64,000 nucleotides of DNA from Moniliella sp. 'wahieum' (lineage: Eukaryota), in contig RSEE01000040.1 in NCBI GenBank assembly GCA_003971905.1, positions 434,001-498,000 on the forward strand, in the 5' to 3' direction. A model generated the notes under the pieces. The model did no database searches and was not told where the DNA came from. It saw only the letters and a program-made list of their open reading frames with translations. Numbering within the stretch: position 1 is the first letter of the stretch; the number at the start of each line of letters is the position of its first letter. A program made the position numbers and the translations under genes. Positions 39,840 to 50,650 of this stretch are shown in pieces.

Positions 39840-42110
39840 ACTAACAGTGACCGTATCGTGGTGGACTTGGACGAAATCGACTTTGTTGCCTTGATTGCCA
39901 CGTTCAGAATCGACGTTGGGGCAGGTCTATCCGGGTGGACCCAGCCCCTCCTACTAACGGCCCTTGAATGCAAGCGCTTCGTCGCCTTTCTCACCGCCCT
40001 CACCAAGAGTATTTACCACGGCACCGCCCCAGGACGCGAGCTCCTGTTGGCCTCCCGCCTCACCCCCCTGGAGAAGGCATCGGGAGGCATCCGCCCCATC
40101 GCCTGTGGGGAGCTGATCTACCGCCTGTGCGCCAAGGCCATCGCTCGAGCGATCGCCCCAACAGCTGGCTTCTCCCCACCCAGTTGGGAGTAGCATCGCA
40201 AAACGGGGTGGAGCCTATCGTACGGATGGTCGAGCGCATGACAGCGCCAGGCGGGGAGAACGATGCGGAACTGGGCGACTTCAGCCACGTCGCCATGCTC
40301 GACTTTACCAACGCCTTCAACACTGTGCGCCGTCGCACACTCGCCAAGGCGCTCCATGCCTACGCCCCCCATCTCCTCACGTTGGGCCGATGGATCTATG
40401 GTTCCCCCACCCAGCTCTGGGTCGCGTCGGGCGGAAATGAGACCAACGTCCTGTCGGCAGAGGGCGTACGGCAGGGCGACCCCCTCGCCCCCTTTTTCTT
40501 CTCCATCGCAGTGCGGCCCACGCTGGAGAAACTGGAACAGGACCTGCCGCCGGGGCACCTGGTGATGGCATACCTGGACGACATTACGATCTTCGGTCCA
40601 GGGCCAGGCATTACCGGCCTAGCCGCGGAGATTTTGGAAGACGACGCGTCAGGCCTCAAGCTCAACCTGCGCAAGTGTGTCGAGCGGGACCGGGACCAGA
40701 TTCGGGTGGATGGTCTGCAGGTTCTGGGCACTTGTGTGGGAGGGGTAGACTGTCGTCGATCGTGGCTCCGGGCCCAACTGGCCAGTCTGAGGGAGAACAT
40801 GCCTAAGTTTGATGGCATCACCCGCCAGGGACGCCTCTTACTATGGCGGCTCAGCACTCAGACCAAGCTGCGCCACCTGCTCCGCACCATGCAGATGGAA
40901 GGAGAGCTAGACGACGTGCTGGCCGAGATTGATGCCTTCATCTGTACGGAGTTCAGACGGATCCGGGGCGACGAGGATCCCCAAGGTGCCAAGGACGACC
41001 ACTTCGACATGCTCATGAGCCTGCCTCTTCGGCTGGGAGGATGTGGCAGCCCGCTTTACTCGTATATTGCGCCCCACGCCCGTGCCGCGGCCAACGAGGT
41101 CAACGACTATCTTATTACCACTTATGTTGACCGTTCGGGACCGCAAACGGCAAGGGCCAACGCATTTACGAAGCAACGCCAGCGCTGCCGCGAGATGTGG
41201 GAGCAAAGTCGACAGGAGCTGCTCCAGAAGCTGGACGCTGCCGATGGTCGTCATGTGGTTGAGCACAGCAACCCGCTGAGCCACAACTGGCTCTCCGCTA
41301 TTCCATCCGTCCCGTACCTCAAGCTCTCTGACCAGCAGGTCCAGGTTGGTCTCCAGCTCCGCACGCTGTGCCGCACCACGCGCAGCATGTGCAAGTGCGG
41401 CGTCATGTCCTCGCTGGAACACATCATGTCCTGCACCCGCACCCAGGCCAAGTTTGGTGCGTTGCATGAGGCAGTGCGGGAGCCCATTCTCCAGCTCCTC
41501 CGCTCCATCCCCGACCCACGTCCACAACGAACCTATGGTGGAGGAAGAGGATGGGACGAGGCGCGGACGGAAGGCACAGCGCACCGATTACCGCGTGATG
41601 GGGCCCGGAGCACTGGGAGGAACCGGAATGGAGGTAGACCACACGCTGCGCGACACGGGATCGCAGGAGGCGCAGAGCGCGTACCGGCGGGTGGTGCATG
41701 AGAGCACTGCGTCGCCTTTGGAACGCCGGGAGAAGGAACTGCTTCGGCTGCTTGAACAAGCAGAATGCGACAAGAACGCCAAGTACCAGGGACGCACTCA
41801 AGAACCGTTTTTCCCCTGGTTTTGACGACGCGAGGATACTACGGCACCAAGACGGCGGGCAAGTTGTTTGCGCATTGGAAGGAGTTGGCTACTAAGTCTC
41901 AGTGGAAATGGTTCCTCGCTCGTATGTCAACCACGTTCCTCCGTGTCCACACGCGCTTCCTAGGGTACGGGACCGGATGGCGTGAGCCGGAGGGTCCTGA
42001 TATCCTGGCGATCCCCCTGGTCCCTTAATCTTGGTGGCGCTTCCAAGTAACCCCCGCAAGATGAACGGTTCGGTTTAGACGTAGCGTTCCCCCTGTCCCA
42101 GCCTTAAGCT
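39840..42110 (+). mobile_element. Non-LTR retrotransposon, CRE/Cnl1-like, with RT, zinc knuckle and restriction-like endonuclease; 5'-truncated
   Basis: RT motifs LEKASGGIRPIACGE, QLGV, LDFTNAFN, GVRQGDPLAP, AYLDD, GLKLNLRKC, VLG. Then LPLRLGGCG, CCHC (CKC..EHIMSC) and RLE signatures (HEAVRE, QRTD, EVD, KNAKY, FFPLVLTTRG). Stop at 42028. Three frameshifts. Both ends approximate. Confidence 0.9.
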
Positions 42111-42119
42111 CTGTCAATG

Positions 42120-43575
42120 ATATGAATTCAGAGAAGAGTCTGATTTTTGGAAAGATCGTACATCTTGCCCAGAGGCTTATGCGACCCTCGGATCAAGATT
42201 GACGCCAAAAACATTCCCCCTATACTGTCACATAGGGAACCTCTCTTTTCCCGATGCGGTCAGCATCGCCTCGGTGCCCGACCCGGCCAAAGCCAAGGAC
42301 CAGACACAAGCAGCGTCCCGGGAGCGTTCGCTCTCATACATGGGCCTGGAGCCCAACACACCCGTAGAGCAGGTCAACAAGATTGACAAGGTCTTTATTG
42401 GGTCCTGCTCCAACTCGCGCATTAAAGATCTGCGCCGTGCGGCCCAGGTGCTCCACGGCCGTCACGTGGCTGAGAGGGCGTACGCCATGCGGGTGCCCGG
42501 CTCCGGCTTCATCAAGAAGCAAGCGGAGACTGAGGATTTGGACAAGAGGTTGAAGGAGGCTGATGAAGTTGACTGATGATGTGAGGCACAGGCTGCTCCT
42601 AGGAGGTGCTTGGGCCTGAATATTGAATTCAGACCAGCTGGCCGCTGGCGGCGAGGGGTGCGCCTCTACGTCCAACTGCAGCTTTGAATCCCGTCAGGGC
42701 CCAGAAGGACGCACTCCTCTTGTATCGCCTGCCATGGTCGCTGCTGGCGCTCTGACGGGGCGTTTGACGGATGTACGGACTCTTCCTGCTGGCAAAAGGC
42801 GGCGGCACATGCCCAAGTGGAGACTGCGAATGCCGCGCAACTAAAGCGTTCCTCTCCCCATCTCAGGCCCCACCTGCGCTGCAAGCCAAGGACCCACAAC
42901 CTCCCGTTGACGTACTCGCCCACCAAACAGATGAGAACCGTTTGGAGGATGTGCCGGCCAGGGAGTAGGCGACGGTATGGACAGCGGTGGCCTACAACAG
43001 TTTACCACCTTCTCAGGTATTGCCGTGCCAATGGGGCGGGTGAATGTGGATACGGATTTGATCCCTTTGCAGCCAAGCTCCTCCAAGTGATTCCTCGCTT
43101 AGGCTGGGGTGTCACAGCCTGTTGAACACGTTGGGGACAACAAGGATGATACAGGGCCACTCAATCCGGACTTTGTTTTGAACCAAGAGCCCTGGTCGCA
43201 CGCCAAGTTTGGGGTAACAGGGCCCAATTGGGGTTGCGGCTCGTCGCGCGAGCATGTCACTTGGTCTTGGCTCGATTTGGGCATCCGTGCTGTCATTGCG
43301 CCCTCGATTGCCGACATCCACGCTACCAATCTGGCAAGGAATGGCATTTTGGGGGTGGTGCTGCAAGCAGAGGTGGACCAGGTCATGGCGAGCACCAAGG
43401 CGGATACGACGGTGACGGTGGACTTGGAAATGCAAATTAAGCGGTTGTGCTGGAGGATGGATCGCGCTTCTCGTTCTCCATCTCTTGAGTTTACCATACA
43501 AGTATTGTCTTCCCAATGGTCTGGACGACAGTAGTCTCACGCTCCGATATGAGGCGAGCATTGCCGCCTTTGAGC
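42120..43575 (+). pseudogene. LEU1: 3-isopropylmalate dehydratase relic lacking its N-terminal part
   Basis: [48 protein letters not shown] (vs STSNRNFEGRQG), [42 protein letters not shown]. Trp>stop changes, small insertions and a wrecked GCSMCLGMN Fe-S motif. Confidence 0.88.
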
Positions 43576-43790
43576 GAAAACGTTCGAGCGGGAGGCCATG
43601 GTACGACAGGTTGGGCTACAAGGGACCTGGTTAGGCCATTTCCGTGGGCGTGAGTAAGTCTGCCAAGGTGAATGACTGGTAGTCGACCACAATTTTATGT
43701 TTACAGATACCCCGTGCCAGCACCACAACACATCATGTTTGGTTTCCAGAAGCCATAGCAACTAGCAAAGATGCATATACACTAGTCGCG

Positions 43791-45352
43791 TTATGTCCAC
43801 AACACAGAACCTTGGGCGAGCCGTTGGAGGTAGGCCAGGCCTTCGTTGGCTGACTGTCAAAGGAATAAAGGTCAGCCACGTTTTCCTATAGGTAAATGGA
43901 GGAGAATGTCAACGTACTTGGCTCGCTTGTCGTTCCTTTGCTCGCTGTTGCTTCAGCACCTCAATCTCTCGTCGTAGGTCGAGTACAATGCGGCGGCGGG
44001 CAAAGACGTCCTGACGCAACTGGCGCTGGTAGGCGCGTGAGCGTTCAAAGTGAGCAATCATTTGTCGTCGACGGGTGGCCTTGGCACTGAGTACGCGAAA
44101 CTGTTCCCGCACCAGCGAACGGATGGCGCGCAACGAAACGCCCAGGCCATTATTCGGTGCACTCCGTACGCTCTCCTTCAACTCGCCGTCGACCAAGGCC
44201 CAAACCACATCGGCGTCGGTCAAGCGTTCGGCAATGCTCTTGCGGCGACCAGGACGCAGCCCGGCCTCGGCGGCAGCCATCGCGCCTTCCTCATCTTCCG
44301 ACTCGGACGCAAGCAATCGTGTCGCAGCACGCAGCCGTTTTCGGAACGCCTTCCCACCTCGCAACGTCTGGGTCTCCAGTAATGTTGGCTGACTGGTTGA
44401 CGCGTCGGCTAGAGGTGTCTTGCGGGGGCGACCACGTTTACGTGGGACGGCTTGGGGCTCGGTCTGGACCTTCCGTTTGGGCTTGCGTTGAGGCGCACGT
44501 ACAGGGGCAGGGGCTTCACGTGGGTCAAATGGAGGCTCGTCCGGTTCCAAGGGCGGCGGGGTGGGGACCCGCAGAGCCTCCCGAGCTGGTTCTGCCGACT
44601 TGCGTGGCCGACCAGGTCGTCTGCCCCCGGCCTTTCCCTTCGTTGCCGCGGAGGCCGAAGGGCGTCCGCGCTTGGGGGGCGGTGCAGCGGAAGCGCTTGC
44701 ATCTCCCCTTTCATCACGGGAAACGGACGCGTCGGCATTGCCAAAGGGCAACATCGCTTGCACAGCCTTTTTGGTTCCGGACCGCAGCGCGTCGGTGGCG
44801 GAAGAGATGCGTTTTTTCGCCGAAGCGGCGCTGCTCGGCTTAGGCTTGGGCTTGGGCGTGGGCTTGGACTTGGGGCTGGCGGGCTTCTTGGTGGGCGGGG
44901 CGCGTTTGGGCGCAGCTGACCCCCTGGAAAAGGATACACTCTTGCGCTGCCCAGACGCTGGAGCTTTGGCACGGCGAGGGGCGGGAGGGGGCGTTGGGCC
45001 AGAGGCGTGGGGGGCATCTACGGGACTGGGTGCATGCGGCGAAGGCTGGGGGTTGGCGTTGCCGCTGGAGCGACGGATGCGGACGCGGACGCGTGGGGTA
45101 GAGCTGGTATTGGGGGATCCTGCGGGTGCCCCGCTGGAGCGGCGCACAGGCACACGCACGCGGGGGGAGCGGCCGTCGGGGCGGCGGGCGACCTGGAAGC
45201 GGAACTGGCTGGCAAAGGAGCTGGCGGCCGGCGGCTGTGCTGGAGGGAAGCGGGTCAGCGTTGCACGCACCAACAGAGGCAAAGACTCACCCGGATCCGC
45301 GCATGCGCTCGAGGGCACGCTGGGCGTACTTGTGGCCGGGTCTGCTGGCCAT
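43791..45352 (-). CDS. AT-hook protein resembling the kinetochore subunit CENP-U/Ame1
   Basis: N-terminal MASRPGHKYAQRALERMRGSG (Ame1-like R.RG motif), AT-hooks KRGRP/RPGRPRK/KRGRPRK, LTDADVV segment and C-terminal coiled coil. Introns at 45240-45290 and about 43853-43917. Confidence 0.55.
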
Positions 45353-45736
45353 GGCGGAGGGGGCGGAGGGGGCGGAGGGGAGGAGGAGGAGGAGGAGGAG
45401 GAGGTGGTGGTGGTGAGGCGGTGGCAGCGACGTGAACAGCGCGTCCGCTTGCTTTGCACTGGCCGCGACTGGCGCCGAGGCGGCTGCGCATTGAACGTTC
45501 AATTCGCGCGCGCCATCATGCATCGCACATCACGCGTGTCTGCCTTCAACTTTAATGTTTGTTGCGCCCGCAACGCCTGAAGCGGTGGGTCACGTGCGGG
45601 CTCTGGCGTGCGTTGGTTGGGTTGCGTGACAAAAATCAATCGCCGCCGCCTCGTCTCGGCTGGCCGCCACCGCTGCCTTCGCCTGGCGCAGCCCGCGCCC
45701 TGCTGTGCCCAGCCCCTCTGCCCTCGCCCCGCCCCC

Positions 45737-47731
45737 ATGGACCGCCCCTCACCCCCCCGCTCTTCCGTGGCTCCGATATCACGCTCGCGCTCGAGTCGGA
45801 CTCCGACTCTTCTGTCGGCCCCGGCCCACCGCTCGCCACCCCCATGGAGCCCCCCCCAGCGGCAACGACTGTTTTGGACGATTCGGACGACTCGTCCTGC
45901 TCGAGCGATGTCGAACACCCGCTGTCGGACTCCAGATATGAGCACTCTCCTCGCCCCATCAGTCCCAAGCGCCCCTTGGCACCGATCGACATTGCTGGCA
46001 GCAGCTCCCCGGCCTACGCCTCTCATCTCCGTCCTCGCCCCCGATCACGCGGTCCTGATGGCCCCTTGGCCCGACCACCCAGCAAACGCCTCAAGCCTAT
46101 CCCCACCTCGGACAGTCACGATATTCTGAAGGTCGACACGACTGCATTGCGACCAACAGTGGTAATCACCGCTGCTCCGGACGCGCAGCCTATTCCCCTT
46201 TGGCCAACACGTACTGCTGCCCCATTTGCCTCGACCCGCCCCGAAACGCCGTATCCACACCTTGCGGACATATGCTCTGTGGCGAATGCCTCTTCAAGAC
46301 GATGCGCACAGAGACGGAACATCAGCATGATGGTGCCCTGGAGGCCAGCCGCATTGCGGTGGCGCACTCTGTGCTCTGGAACCGGCCTCTCCATTCGACT
46401 GATCCCTTACAGCCCGGTAATGTCGAGCCAGGCTCCGAGATCTTCTTTCTTACAGCAGAACAGTTGGTCGCGGTATTCGATCCAGCCCTACGTGCTGCAG
46501 CCGCGTTTCTGTTTGAGCAAGTGATTCAGCGATGGCGAGCGCACCGGGACGACAACTCGCGAGATTTCTTGAGTGTCATGCTCGACGTCGCCACCCGGAT
46601 CCGACGCCGTGCCAGACATCGCCGCACCACGGGCCACTGGCTGCACCTGAGATAACACTGCCATCAACCAATTTGGGGATACGGCGGTACATTAACTCGG
46701 CCCCTATTCCCGCCCTCAGTTCTCTTTTGGCCGGCGCGCGCAGACCCGAGGGTCCAGATGAGCAGTCCTTGATGGACATCCGGGACGAGCTCAGCATCCA
46801 TCCGAATGGGCATCTGCCGTCTGAAGGGGGCGCACCAGAGCCCCTCGACACGGTTTTTTGGTTTGCCTTGGAAGGATATGAAGACATTCGTCCCCAGGCG
46901 GAAAATCTGAAAGTGATGCACGAGCTGATCCGGGCCCTTGAGGCTTTTGATGAGGCCGCGCCCGATCGTACACCGACCCTGACTGGGTGCATTCCCACGA
47001 TTCCCATCGACCGAGCCCTCCCGGTCATCTCGGCCATCGTTCGGTTTTCCCAGGTCAATGGGTCACTGAGTAACTTGAACCTGCCTGGGTTGCCGCTCGA
47101 GGTGCAATATGACGCTCTAGACCGCCTCTCGGCAGCGCTGTGGTCTACTTTGGACCAGCACACCCGCCGTGGTTGGACCTATGATGAGTGCTTTGCTGCT
47201 GGTCAGCGGCAAAGGGCAGAAGCCATGCGTTGGTTCAGTTCCGGTCCCACTCCCCGCATGGAAACGCCGCCCCGAGATCTTGACCCTATGAAGGGCAGTT
47301 GCCCCGTCTGCCGCGCCCCGATCCCAGGAGGGTTTTTCGCTGGCATCCGCAAACGTGGGGTACAGGGGCTCAAGTTCAAGCTGATGAAGCCGGCCGATGA
47401 GTTACGTCTTCGGTACGGCAGGAGTTTTTCCAACAAGCACAGCAAGGCTTGGTTGACCCCTCCCTCTTACGCCGCCTTCTTGGTGATGGCGTACCGCGGC
47501 GCCACCCTCCCAACCCAACCCGCACTTTGCCCCGAGCTGCCTCCATCCCTACCCTTCCCCCTCTTCGTCTTCCCGGCAACGGGTCCAGCAATCGTACCAA
47601 CCAGCCCTCGACCTTGGTCGACTTATCCCTTCCAGCCCAGAAGCCCTTCCCATCCCTCTCCACCACGTCCGCCACAACCAGATCCGGACGACGATGGTGC
47701 ATCGGCATCCAACCCCATAGATCTCTCTTAA
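45737..47731 (+). CDS. C3HC4 RING protein with SIM-like motifs (SUMO-targeted ubiquitin ligase-like); RING split by a long insert
   Basis: YCCPICLDPPRNAVSTPCGHMLCGECLF (46212-46296) and final pair CPVCRAPIPGG..GVQGLKF (47300 onward). SIM-like TVLDDSDD, PIDI, PIDLS. Confidence 0.7.
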
Positions 47732-48027
47732 AGCACGCAAGGCAAGGCTGCTGGGCGCTTCGTTCCGCCAGCGCGGCACCTCTTCTCGTTTCTGCCGCCC
47801 CCGTTATGTGATGTTTAAGAGATTGCGCGGCGGGCTGTCCCGATAGGCGGCATGGACTAGTGTCGGCGCGTAGGCCGGAGTAGTGTGGAGCCAGCTGCGA
47901 ATGCCGGATCACCGGGACGGTACGGACGTGCCCGGCCCGGGATGGATGAAGGCTAGGGCTGGCAGGCGCAGGCCAAAAGGGGGCATGCGTACCGTAAAAG
48001 CACTCGTATTCTAGGTAGCGCTAGGTC

Positions 48028-48032
48028 AAAAA
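48028..48032 (-). terminator. RNA polymerase III terminator (T5)
   Basis: TTTTT on the minus strand 2 nt downstream of the tRNA 3' end. Confidence 0.8.
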
Positions 48033-48034
48033 TT

Positions 48035-48124
48035 TGGACGGCGAGGGGTTTGAACCCCCGGCCTTCTACATTCGAATCACGTGAGGAATGCAAAGCAGAC
48101 GCTCTACCACTGAGCTAGCCGCCC
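48035..48124 (-). tRNA. tRNA-Ala (anticodon TGC) with an 18-nt intron at 48071-48088
   Basis: GGGCGGC/GCCGTCC acceptor stem with G3:U70, D-arm GCTC-AGTGGTA-GAGC, anticodon stem TCTGC/GTAGA, T-loop TTCAAAC, discriminator A. Intron lies one base 3' of the anticodon. Confidence 0.96.
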
Positions 48125-48487
48125 GTATTGACAGGCAGGATGTGGATGTGCATATGAATCAGTTGGTGCCTCCTATCCCCATCTGCGCCGACGCCTCCAT
48201 CGGCTGTCAGCGCTCAGTGCGTCCGCTGTCGAGCAGCCCCTCCATTGCCAATGCTCGGGGCTGGATAGCGATGGACCCGCCTGGCGTGCGTCTGCTTGCG
48301 GCCGACGCGCGCGTATAATTGCCGCCATGCGGCCGCGGCGGAACAGCAGCCAACAGCTGTCCGTTGTCCATTCCGCGATTCCGCGCGCGGGTTCCGCTCC
48401 AATCACCCACAGGGCGGGCTGGGGGGCGCAGCCGCCGCCACCACCATCACCATCAACACTGCTCTGCCGCCAGCCGACGCGCCCAGC

Positions 48488-50340
48488 ATGGCCGACAACA
48501 ACCCCCATCCGCTGCGGCCGTACTACGTCCCCGCAGAAGACGCCTTCGTCGCCCCCGCCGCCGCCACGCGGGCGTGCGCTTTGCCGCCGCCCCGCCATCG
48601 CGCCAGCACGTCGCAGCATCTGCCCCCGCCGGCCTCGGTGTCCGCGCGCCCGTCGTCGGGCAGCAACCGTTACATTACTCCTGACTCGTCTGCCTTCCCG
48701 CTCTCCCCGCTCTCCGCCCCCGTCCCCGCCCCCGCCACCGCGGTCCGCCCCGCTCCCTGCTCGCCACGGGCCAGGCGCTGGTCTACACGGGCGGGCTCCG
48801 CTATGCTCCACAATCCTCGCCATGCCCTTCGAGGTGGGCAAGATCCTGCTCCAGATCCAGTGGACCCCCCGCCCAGGTCTACGCCCGCGTCCAACGCCGC
48901 CACGCCACGAGCCGCCTCGCCGAACAGCCCAAGTGCGCCGTCTTGTCCGAGTCCGAGTCCGAGTCCGAGTCGGACGCCTCGGATCAAGACGCCAACGTAC
49001 GTCGCTTTCCCTTTGGCTCCCGTGGCCATGTGCTATGCAGTCCTAACCCCCACCCCCTATCTACTCCGACTCAGCTCCCGAAAGCAGCAAGTACTTGGTG
49101 ATCCCACTGCCCCCCCACCCTCCCGCCCGCGGGTGCGGCGCCTACACCATGTGCACGCACGCCGGCGTGGTGTACGCCGCCGCTCCCACCGCCCGAGCGA
49201 GTGAGCATCATGCCCACCACTCCCACAGGAGGTGTATGGAGATGATCAAGGCGGTGGCACGGGGCAAAGAGGGCGTTCTAGGTCTCTTCAAAGGCACCCT
49301 CACAACCTTCCTAATGGACCTGGCTAGCGCTACACTGCAACCCCTCGTATACGGTGTCGTATCCCTCTTCGTGCCTGGATCCCGGGCGACGGTGCTCCCT
49401 TCGTCCGAGCTTTCACTTCTGGGGTGGACCTGCCGTTGTCCTACTCCCCACGCCCTTGGCGTGCTCTGAGCACCGTCTTGCTCTCCCATGTTATCACCGG
49501 TGTCCTCATCTCGCCCCTCGACCTTGTTCGTACGCGCCTGGTTGCCCAAAGCTTGGTGCCCACCCATGCGCGTGGATGGTGGGGTGGACGAAAATACGTG
49601 TGGCCGTGGGACACGTTGATGACACTCAAGAAGGAAGAGGCGGATGGTGGGGGATCTACTTCCACCCCAACCTGTTACTTCCTACCTTGCTCGATTTTAC
49701 TTTCCGTCCTCTCATTGCGCTCGCTACCCCGCCTCATTGACCAATACCTTCGCACCGAGCCGGGCGCCGCGCCAGCCCGCTACGCACTGGCCGAACTGTT
49801 CGTGTCCACCTTGGGCCTGCTGGTCACGTTGCCTATCGAGACCGCGCGGCGCCGGCTGCAGGTCCAGACCCGTTACACCTTCCCGTCTCCTGCTTCTGCC
49901 GCGCCCGAGCCCACCGAAGGCAAGGACAAGGTGGATGAGGAGCTGCGCGCTGGGCGAGCGGTATTGCCTGGTCTGCCGATGAGGCTACGGACGTGTGTGC
50001 TGACGCGTCCCGAGCCCTACAGCGGGATCTGGGACACGCTCTGTCACATTGTACGCGAAGAGGCCACGCTTTCGCCGCAGCCGCTGACGGGCAAAGCAGC
50101 GCTCAAGTCGGATAAGCTGTCGGACAAGGACAGGGATAAGGACAAGGACAAGGATAAGGACAAGGACAAGGATAAAGCCAATAAGGAGGAGGGTTGGCGC
50201 AAAGTGGGTATAGCTCGCTTGGTGGGCTGCGCAACTTGTACCGCGGCTTTTCCATGGGTTTTGGCACCAACCTGCTCGTCTTTCTCCTCACTGTGGTATC
50301 AGGCGAGCGCGGGACGGTGGGCGGATGGACAGAGATGTGA
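48488..50340 (+). CDS. UGO1: Mitochondrial fusion protein Ugo1 (carrier-like fold)
   Basis: N-terminal HPLRPYY. Carrier motifs MPFEVGKILLQIQW, SPLDLVRTRLVAQ, LPIETARRRLQVQ; PYSGIWD..IVREE; LYRGF; GGWTEM*. (DK)n repeat at about 50123-50176. Confidence 0.8.
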
Positions 50341-50650
50341 GAATACAATCGTTTGGTGCGGCGGGAGGTGCTTCGCCCGGCTTGACACTCCTCTTGGTGG
50401 GCGTCTGTGGTGGTTGTAGCAAGCAATTAGTTGTGGTTGCAGGACAAGGCGGGCGTGCCTGGGGAAATTCAATGAGTGCACAAGTAACGGGGCTGGGCGT
50501 TGGATTGGACCGATTTCGATTTATTAGGCGACGACGACCAGCCATTGAAAAGAACGCGTTTACTCCAGCGCCAGCACTAAGTATAACACCTGCACCAACA
50601 GCAACGCCGTCTCCCCGCCCGCTCGCACCACAGGCGTTCGCTTGGCCAGG

